Part shown: in pieces, positions 57,524 to 64,000 of the stretch
Layout: every line of letters starts with the position of its first letter
Numbering within the stretch: the stretch's first letter is position 1
DNA from: Candidatus Omnitrophota bacterium
Lineage (GTDB): Bacteria; Omnitrophota; Gorgyraeia; Zapsychrales; Fredricksoniimonadaceae
Reading direction: 5' to 3'
DNA length: 64,000 nucleotides
NCBI GenBank assembly: GCA_903836515.1
Contig: CAILQW010000003.1
Coordinates: 33,529-97,528 of the forward strand
Program-made: the position numbers and the translations under genes
The notes under the pieces: generated by a model
Database searches by the model: none
The model's input: the letters and a program-made list of their open reading frames with translations, nothing else
Told to the model about the DNA's origin: nothing

Positions 57524-58495
57524 TTATTGATGTTTTACGGATGACGGCCGCTTGATCGTCAGGATGATCTGGTTGCCGGAAGATCTTTTTTCAATGGCCT
57601 CCCGATAATGGCGGTCAAACGCCCGGATCAGCCCGGCGAGTTCGCGCCCCAGCCCTGTCGCAGACGCCGCCAATCGCTGGGCCGCATCCAGGGCATAACG
57701 ATCTCCGCCCACAATCCCGGTGGTCCTGGGTTTTCCGTCAAGATGCCATAACAGGTGATTCAAGGGGCCATACCCCTGGCGCGTTGTCACCTGAAAAGCG
57801 ACCCCGTGAGAGCGTTTGAATATTTTCCCCAATTGAGCCGCCGCCTGTACGGAATAATAGGCGCTGGTCATTTTTTCATGGAAAAAATCCTTGTAGGCCT
57901 TGATGTTCCAGACATCGTTTAGCACATCGTGATAATTCGGGGTGATGATATAGATCTGCCCGCCGGGTTCCAGCAGCTCAATTAACCGCTGGCCATACGT
58001 TACCGGATCCTTGATATACTGGATCACATAAAAAAGGAATATCTTCCGGAAACGCAAGCCGTCCTGCTCTACCGCATCCAATGTTTGATGGCACGGGATC
58101 CCCAGCTGCCGCCGTACAAATCCCGCCCGCACGGGATTGATCTCAAGCCCTACAGGCTTTATCCCGGCATCCTGCAATGCCTTCAAGAAATAACCCCACG
58201 AACAGCCGGCCTCCAGCACACGCTTGCCCCGGTCGGCGGGACCGGTATATTCTTTCCGGTACTCCAAGGCCTGCCTGAATCCGTTATCAAAATCAGTCTT
58301 GATATCCGGCACATCTAAAGCGGCGGTACGCAGCCGCGCCTGCTCGAATTTATCCTCCACGATCAATCGTGTATGATCCGTGTTGAGAAAGGCAAAGTCG
58401 CACGACGGGCAGTGAAAAAGCCGCTCTGTTTCCCCCCCGCGGGCCTTGACAGGCCGCGCCCTGGGAACAAGCTTTCCGCAAATACTACATGTCAT
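57524..58495 (-). CDS. class I SAM-dependent methyltransferase with N-terminal zinc ribbon (sugar C-methyltransferase-like architecture)
   Basis: Start MTCSICGKL...CPSCDF (Cys4 ribbon) with a GGAGG RBS. SAM motif VLEAGCSWGYF. The ORF track extends to 58642. Confidence 0.75.
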   Translation of the reverse strand: MTCSICGKLVPRARPVKARGGETERLFHCPSCDFAFLNTDHTRLIVEDKFEQARLRTAALDVPDIKTDFDNGFRQALEYRKEYTGPADRGKRVLEAGCSWGYFLKALQDAGIKPVGLEINPVRAGFVRRQLGIPCHQTLDAVEQDGLRFRKIFLFYVIQYIKDPVTYGQRLIELLEPGGQIYIITPNYHDVLNDVWNIKAYKDFFHEKMTSAYYSVQAAAQLGKIFKRSHGVAFQVTTRQGYGPLNHLLWHLDGKPRTTGIVGGDRYALDAAQRLAASATGLGRELAGLIRAFDRHYREAIEKRSSGNQIILTIKRPSSVKHQ

Positions 58496-59570
58496 CCCTG
58501 CTCCTCCCATCAAGGGGCCTGGGCCGGTCCAATTCAGCCGCGAGCCTTTCCGCCAACGCATTCTCGGTTCTTTCCCCGATAAAATGAGCCGCATCAAAAA
58601 AGTCATCCATGAAATAACACCCGGCAATATCCTTCGCTTCAAGGAAACTTATGCCGCCATAAGATTCCTTCCTGAAAAATTCCCGCCATTGCGCGTTAAG
58701 CTGCTGCAACAAAGGATCCGTATCGATCATCCGCTGATAATCAGGGGTCTTCACCGTTTCAAACAAAACCGTCCGTATCTTGCGTGCACGCAGCTCCTGG
58801 AACATCCTGATATAAACACGCTGGGCTTGAGCTGAAAGTCTTTTGTTTTTTAAGAACGTCGCTTCACTGTCTTCCCTGTCGAAATACGCCTGCGCATCAC
58901 GGTTCTTGACAAAATCATACGCACCCGCCTTGATCTGCCGGCGTATCTCCTGATACTCCTTGTTCCCGTATAGATCGTTGAGGCGCGGGATTTCCTGATG
59001 AAGCGCCTGTTTGATGCCATAAAGAGCCATGGCCCGGAAACGGCTTTTAGCGGCGTCGCACATAAACCACGTTATGGCCTTGGCCTGACGCAGCCTGTTC
59101 ATGATACCATGCGCCGGAGATAATTCCTGCTTCAATCCCCATAAATCACCGATCCTGGGATCTGTGAATGGAACAGACTGGACATACCTCGCGTAGGAAA
59201 AGACTTTGGTCATGGCCATGGATTCGAAACTGACACCCAGCACAACACGCTTGATGTCCCCATAAAGCAGGGCATGGTTGAGCTGCAGGGCCGCATCCAC
59301 AGGATCCACCCCGGACAAGCTCCAGTTAAAAGGGGCCCAGTGCCTTTTCAGGAAAGGGGTCAATGCCATCCTTTGAGCACGGGAATCCCCGCAAATGACC
59401 GTATCAACCCGCGGCTTTCTCATAAAATCGAAATGTTTTAACTGCGGCTCCGCCAGCCAGTCCATTCCCAGAACCTGCTCATTGGAAATGAAAGGGCCTG
59501 CGAGGTTGATGCCCGCGACCAGCACGATGGGCGTCACAACAAATAATATAAGGCCGATTTTCTTCATCAT
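58485..59570 (-). CDS. SGNH/DltD-like extracytoplasmic acyl-transfer protein (AlgX/DltD analog)
   Basis: Start MMKKIGLILFVV (signal anchor) with an AAGGT RBS. Motif VICGDSRAQ (GDS) and C-terminal DFFDAAHF (DxxH). Directly downstream of an MBOAT gene. Confidence 0.55.
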   Translation of the reverse strand: MMKKIGLILFVVTPIVLVAGINLAGPFISNEQVLGMDWLAEPQLKHFDFMRKPRVDTVICGDSRAQRMALTPFLKRHWAPFNWSLSGVDPVDAALQLNHALLYGDIKRVVLGVSFESMAMTKVFSYARYVQSVPFTDPRIGDLWGLKQELSPAHGIMNRLRQAKAITWFMCDAAKSRFRAMALYGIKQALHQEIPRLNDLYGNKEYQEIRRQIKAGAYDFVKNRDAQAYFDREDSEATFLKNKRLSAQAQRVYIRMFQELRARKIRTVLFETVKTPDYQRMIDTDPLLQQLNAQWREFFRKESYGGISFLEAKDIAGCYFMDDFFDAAHFIGERTENALAERLAAELDRPRPLDGRSRDDM

Positions 59571-59712
59571 AAAGAAATACCTTAGAACTGCTGGTATGCA
59601 ATAAATTGAGATTTGGTCTCCATCCCCAAGAGGCACAACCAATAAATGACCAGCTGCAGCACAAGGACAACGAGCAGTACCTTTTTATTATCCGCAAGGA
59701 CCTTGACGATCT

Positions 59713-60924
59713 TCATACGGAGCGCCCTCCGATCACCGCCATCACCTGATACAGGTCATGGAACGAATACTGGAAGACCAGGAACGTGGCCATCACATAA
59801 CATTGGCACACCACGATCGCAGCGGCCCTGACCGCACCATTATTCTTATAGGCTTTCAGGGCTGGCTTGGGCAGCAGCGCCTTCAATAATTCACCATAAA
59901 GAAGGGTGATGACCACTCCCAACCCCTGAAGCACCCCGAAAAGGACAAAACGGATCTCATTGCCATGCCATATCCCCATTAAAAAGAAGGAAATAAAAGT
60001 AACGCCAACCAGGGACAATAACGGATTAAAACGCCTTGATGCGGCCACCATCATCGGGTAATACAGATAATCACGGAAGAATTCCGAGAGAGAAATATGC
60101 CACCGGTTCCAGAAATCGACCATGTTCCTGGCGATAAAAGGAACCCTGAAATTTTCAGGGACCCTGAACCCGACAGCCCTTCCCACGCCGATCACCGTAT
60201 CGCAATACCCGGAAAAGTTCAGATACAAATAGAGCGGAAAAGATATGAAAAAAAGCGCGAACGCGGCCGCCGACGGTGCGGCGGTAAATGTCGTTATCAC
60301 CGCATACTGCTGAAAGAAAGGAGCGATGACCGCCATTTTGATCAGCCCCCAGACGATCCGGTTGAACGCTTTCAATGAATCCTGGAGCGGCACGTCTTCT
60401 GTTTCGAAACGCCGCATGTGTTCGATAAAGTCATCGTAGCGCTGGATGGGCCCGGCCAGGAACGTCCAGAACGCCAGATTATAGTTAAGGTAATCCAGGG
60501 GGCGGACCGATTTGATCATGCCATCGCGCACATGCACGCTCAGATGGATCTGGCGGAACAAGATGAACGAATACCCCAGCACCGACCACCAAATCGCAAA
60601 GGCATGCCCCCCCAGGAAACTCCCCGTGATCCAGTGATATTCTTTAACCGTCACGAACCACACCAGGTCAAGGATCAGCCAAAGGATGAAAACGAGCCTC
60701 TTCGCCTCCACGCGCAGCATGAGCTGCAACGACAGGTAATGGCTCAGCATCCACGCAAGCAAGATGAGACCTGAAAACAGCCGCGGCTGAGGGATGACCA
60801 GCAGGATAAATATGATATTAAGGGCCAGAAAAACATGGCGTTTCACCCGGTTCAGCGACGCCATCCCCAGCAGCAGCAAGGCCGACGAGAGAAAAATATA
60901 CATTCCCGGTGATTGGAACGTCAT
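59713..60924 (-). CDS. MBOAT-family membrane O-acyltransferase (DltB/AlgI-like)
   Basis: Polytopic. Conserved histidine region FWNRWHISLSEFFRDYLYYP. Start MTFQSPG at 60924 overlaps the ACP stop (ATGA) and has a GGAGA RBS. Confidence 0.85.
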   Translation of the reverse strand: MTFQSPGMYIFLSSALLLLGMASLNRVKRHVFLALNIIFILLVIPQPRLFSGLILLAWMLSHYLSLQLMLRVEAKRLVFILWLILDLVWFVTVKEYHWITGSFLGGHAFAIWWSVLGYSFILFRQIHLSVHVRDGMIKSVRPLDYLNYNLAFWTFLAGPIQRYDDFIEHMRRFETEDVPLQDSLKAFNRIVWGLIKMAVIAPFFQQYAVITTFTAAPSAAAFALFFISFPLYLYLNFSGYCDTVIGVGRAVGFRVPENFRVPFIARNMVDFWNRWHISLSEFFRDYLYYPMMVAASRRFNPLLSLVGVTFISFFLMGIWHGNEIRFVLFGVLQGLGVVITLLYGELLKALLPKPALKAYKNNGAVRAAAIVVCQCYVMATFLVFQYSFHDLYQVMAVIGGRSV

Positions 60925-61187
60925 GCGCCGTGATCTCCGCATTTTTGCTGGATCATCCTGGCGAAACTTCCGACATTCTGACCCGGCTTTTTCGTTTCAG
61001 CGATCTCCGCGGTCGTAAAACGGATCTTGAATGATTTTTCCACGGCCAGCATCAGGGTGATATGCCCCAGCGAATCCCATTCATCAATCGCCTCTGCCGT
61101 GGTTGCCGGGCCGATCACCAGGCTGTCATCATCAAAAACCTCGCCAAAAACAACGTTCAACTGCCTGATCACATCCTGCATATCCAT
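60921..61187 (-). CDS. acyl/peptidyl carrier protein (DltC-like)
   Basis: 88 aa. Phosphopantetheine-attachment motif DEWDSLGHITLM. Confidence 0.8.
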   Translation of the reverse strand: MDMQDVIRQLNVVFGEVFDDDSLVIGPATTAEAIDEWDSLGHITLMLAVEKSFKIRFTTAEIAETKKPGQNVGSFARMIQQKCGDHGA

Positions 61188-61199
61188 CGCGTTAACCTT

Positions 61200-63074
61200 T
61201 CATGTCTTGGACGTTCCAATGTAGGTCTCATACTTGCCGGGCAGCCTGTCCAGGTCCAGCTGCCAGCGCATCGTCCCGCCGGCAACCGGTGCGATGGGGG
61301 TAAATCCAAGCCTCGGGTAAAGGTCAGCCACCAGACCGTTCTTGGCTGTGGGAATATAAACCCCGATAATACGCCTGATCCCCCGCTCCAACCCGAGGTC
61401 GATCATGGTGCGGCAAATATACTCTTCCATCCCGCGGGCCAGCACACGGCAGCTCATGCACCATGTATCCACAACATACTCCAGGTCACCGGCCCTCTTG
61501 AGGATCACCACGGCGATCAGGCCATTGTCGCCGAACTTGTCCTTTAAAGAAAAATGCCGGCAGATCACATCCTGGTCCCCCGCCAGTTCCTTGACCACAC
61601 TTTCGCCATAGCGTGTCGTTGTCAGGTGGAACTGATTGCTCTTATTGATCAACTGCACCACCCGCGGCAAATGAAAATCATCAACAATGCCGACGGAAGC
61701 TTCCATCTCCAGGCTTTGCAGATAACCTGCCAGGTCACATGAATCCTGCCTGGCACTGTCCCTGGCCATATTGCTGCGGTAATACTCCGTCCGCTTCCCA
61801 TCTTCAGCCGATATCCCGATGGTCTCAAAATAGCGGCCATGATCCAGCGTTTGCCTGTAGCGCGAAGGGTCATCGGGCATCACCGGCACAACCACCTGGG
61901 GCAGAAACCTTGCCACCAGCTCACGCTCGGCGGGATTGTCATCCACGAAAACGATCGCATCAAGGCCGATATTCAGCTGGTGCGCGATATCTTTGATGTT
62001 GTCCGCCTTATTGCCCCAGTTGGCTTTAAACACACTGATATCCTCAAGTTTGAGCCGCATGTCAGGGTGCTTCAGAAAAGGCTCCCGGGCTTTCTCTTCG
62101 TCGTTCTTGCTGCAAACAGCAAGGATGACCCCCCGTTCTTTCAGCTCAAGGATATAACGTTGAAAGTCGACAAAAGCCTCGCCGACCGGCCCGTCCCCCA
62201 GGGCGATCCCCCCCAGGCCGTCATCTGCGATCACCCCGCCCCAAAGGGTGTTGTCAAGATCAAGGACCAGGCATTTTTGGGCCTGCCCTTTGATCGCCGC
62301 GATCAGCCGTGCGGCCTGATGCGCCACCTCGCCCACCGCATCCAGGCTGAAAGGGATCTTGGAGTTGTACCAATGCGTGAATTCAAACCATTTCTCTTTG
62401 CCAAAAAATGCGGAAATATACTCCAGATCAAAGATCATGACACCGTCTTTCAGCGCCTCCGTGAGCCTGGAATTATACCGCCTGAGGATGCTGGAATGAC
62501 TCCAGGAAGCCACACTGTCATAATTCCCCAGAGTCCGGTACGGCGGCAGGTCCGCATTGTTCTGGATAATATACGCCCGGCAGCGCTCTTGCAGGACACC
62601 CCACAACGAAGAATACCCGCGGATGACCTCATCGACATCCTCACAGGTTTCCTCCCGAGAGCGCCCCCATTGCCGGGGGATCTGCACATCCCTGAAGGTC
62701 GTGAAAATCCATACAATATCCGGATCGAACGCATACAATTTACTGTCCGGGGCCAGGATCGTCTGCGCGATCGTGTCATAGGCGGCCTCGAAAAATACGG
62801 CGTTGAATCCCGCCAGGGCAAGCCAGAACCCAAGCACATCGCGCAGGAATTTATCCGTTGAGGAGGCAAGGACCGCAACCCTGATCGGAGTCATCGCCTT
62901 GAATACACCCTGATCCAGGGTTGAAAGAATCCTGGCATAACGCGCCTGAAGGACCGCATTGTCCTCCCGTTGCGCAAGGCGGACAAGCGCCTGAAATGCC
63001 TCGGCATGGCGGCCTTCTTTACGCAAAGCGGCCACATGGGCGATGCCCGACAGCTTGGCCTCATGGTCGCTCAT
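61200..63074 (-). CDS. FkbH-like (HAD-IIIC) domain protein fused to a C-terminal GNAT acyltransferase domain
   Basis: HAD-IIIC core LVLDLDNTLWGGVIADDG...VCSKNDE...VFVDDNP. The C-terminal ~150 aa are GNAT-like (GLIAVVIL...RVLARGMEE). Confidence 0.75.
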   Translation of the reverse strand: MSDHEAKLSGIAHVAALRKEGRHAEAFQALVRLAQREDNAVLQARYARILSTLDQGVFKAMTPIRVAVLASSTDKFLRDVLGFWLALAGFNAVFFEAAYDTIAQTILAPDSKLYAFDPDIVWIFTTFRDVQIPRQWGRSREETCEDVDEVIRGYSSLWGVLQERCRAYIIQNNADLPPYRTLGNYDSVASWSHSSILRRYNSRLTEALKDGVMIFDLEYISAFFGKEKWFEFTHWYNSKIPFSLDAVGEVAHQAARLIAAIKGQAQKCLVLDLDNTLWGGVIADDGLGGIALGDGPVGEAFVDFQRYILELKERGVILAVCSKNDEEKAREPFLKHPDMRLKLEDISVFKANWGNKADNIKDIAHQLNIGLDAIVFVDDNPAERELVARFLPQVVVPVMPDDPSRYRQTLDHGRYFETIGISAEDGKRTEYYRSNMARDSARQDSCDLAGYLQSLEMEASVGIVDDFHLPRVVQLINKSNQFHLTTTRYGESVVKELAGDQDVICRHFSLKDKFGDNGLIAVVILKRAGDLEYVVDTWCMSCRVLARGMEEYICRTMIDLGLERGIRRIIGVYIPTAKNGLVADLYPRLGFTPIAPVAGGTMRWQLDLDRLPGKYETYIGTSKT

Positions 63075-64000
63075 GGCTGAACACTCCTTACGATACGGTT
63101 GATCTGGGCAAAAGCCGGGTGGACCGGATCAAACTTCCCGTCCAGCTGATCGCCGATGATGGTGTTGATCGCCGTCTGGATACCTTTGACCTGGGCCATC
63201 GAATAGCCCTGATCGTTCAAATAGGCGACATACCACATGCTCGTATCCGGATCGACGGCAGTCGCCCCCTTGATCTGCCGGAACATGGACAGTTTCAGGT
63301 CTGAGGCCTGACGGTAATTCATCGTGGCATGTTCCCAGTTGGCACCAAGCCCGGTCAGTTGATAGCGTTGCCGGTTTTCATGAACAGGGGCATGTTTCAT
63401 ATAATAGAATTCTTTAAGCGTGTAAAAATCGATCCCGTTACTCTCGATGAAATCAATATTTTCCATGGCCGTCTTTTCCGTCTCACCCGGAAAACCGATG
63501 ACAAAACCCGCCAGCATGGGGATGCCGTACTTCTTCAACAGGCGGACCCCCTTTTCAAACTCATGGCGGGTCGCCTTTTTATTCATGTTGCCAAGGATCG
63601 TGTCATTGGCAGACTCAATGCCCATATACACCATGGCGCATCCGGAATCTTTCATAAGCCGGACGATCTCTTCATCAACGAATTGCACCCGCAAAAACGA
63701 ATACCACGCAACCTTCATTTTGGAGAGGGTGGCGCAGATCTTCTTGAACCTTTCTTTGGGCACATTGAACGTGTCATCAATGAAGATGATCCTGTCGGCG
63801 GATGACTGCTTGAGCATCCGCTTAAGATCCTCTTCAAACATGCCCAGTCCGGAGGGATGAAAACCCTTCGTGGTCACAGGATACGAACAAAAAGCACAGC
63901 TGAACGGGCAACCGGATGAAACGCGCAGCTGGATGGTGTGATTGATAAAAGACAGGTTCAGCTTGTCCCAGTTGACCGCAACACCCTCCAGCACCGGCAC
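63071..64000 (-). CDS. radical SAM enzyme (B12-binding radical SAM-like), 5'-truncated by the window edge
   Basis: Motif CPFSCAFCS (CxxxCxxC) and Fe-S/TIM half-barrel features. The N-terminus lies beyond 64000. Confidence 0.7.
   Translation of the reverse strand: MPVLEGVAVNWDKLNLSFINHTIQLRVSSGCPFSCAFCSYPVTTKGFHPSGLGMFEEDLKRMLKQSSADRIIFIDDTFNVPKERFKKICATLSKMKVAWYSFLRVQFVDEEIVRLMKDSGCAMVYMGIESANDTILGNMNKKATRHEFEKGVRLLKKYGIPMLAGFVIGFPGETEKTAMENIDFIESNGIDFYTLKEFYYMKHAPVHENRQRYQLTGLGANWEHATMNYRQASDLKLSMFRQIKGATAVDPDTSMWYVAYLNDQGYSMAQVKGIQTAINTIIGDQLDGKFDPVHPAFAQINRIVRSVQP

Noticed and set aside
1-64000. CRISPR arrays, insertion sequences, integrons, toxin-antitoxin or restriction-modification systems
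   Set aside because: No regularly spaced short repeats, transposase, integrase, methyltransferase-endonuclease pairs or small overlapping toxin/antitoxin ORFs were seen. The only repeats found are the tRNA-associated elements.

Overview
This is a GC-rich (~60%) bacterial chromosomal window in which every credible gene lies on the minus strand. Long plus-strand ORFs in the six-frame track look like antisense shadow ORFs. Going from the right end to the left end in transcription order, the window contains the following regions.

(1) 38.5-64 kb: a roughly 25-kb co-directional cell-surface glycan (LPS/O-antigen-like) operon with overlapping stop and start codons. Its upstream half carries an unusual branch of B12-radical-SAM, FkbH-like/GNAT fusion, acyl-carrier protein, MBOAT and SGNH/DltD-like genes. 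These are followed by a Zn-ribbon methyltransferase, a radical-SAM/SPASM enzyme, a HisC/CobD-like PLP enzyme, an HMGL-like aldolase fusion, a KdsB-like cytidylyltransferase and a HAD phosphatase. The remainder is ordinary NDP-sugar enzymes, GT2/GT4/GT9 glycosyltransferases, two Wzy_C/O-antigen-ligase-like proteins and an initiating sugar transferase.

(2) Housekeeping genes: pgk-tpiA-secG, an Opp/Dpp-type ABC importer, a membrane protein with TPR repeats, glgC, fabV, a small HTH gene, smc, cvpA, dnaG-rpoD, two tRNAs (Ile2-CAU and Val-CAC), a COG1579 zinc-ribbon gene, an RNase H-like gene, RNase P RNA, yebC-ruvC-ruvA, scpB, pheA-hisC-DAHP synthase-tyrA, cmk, lepA, lepB, pgsA and plsY.

(3) Left end: a 1091-aa secreted/membrane protein whose central ~1.9 kb is strikingly AT-rich with different codon usage, giving a mosaic ORF.

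Non-coding highlights are an RNase P RNA whose 5' end is overlapped by the RNase H-like CDS tail, and two copies of a ~90-nt GC-rich element. Each copy is inserted just downstream of a different tRNA and is flanked by a direct repeat of that tRNA's own 3' end plus an inverted T-arm fragment.

No CRISPR arrays, integrases or transposases were seen. CDS stop coordinates come from the supplied ORF track, and starts were refined by residue counting with RBS inspection. RNA and repeat coordinates were indexed by hand and may be off by a few nucleotides.
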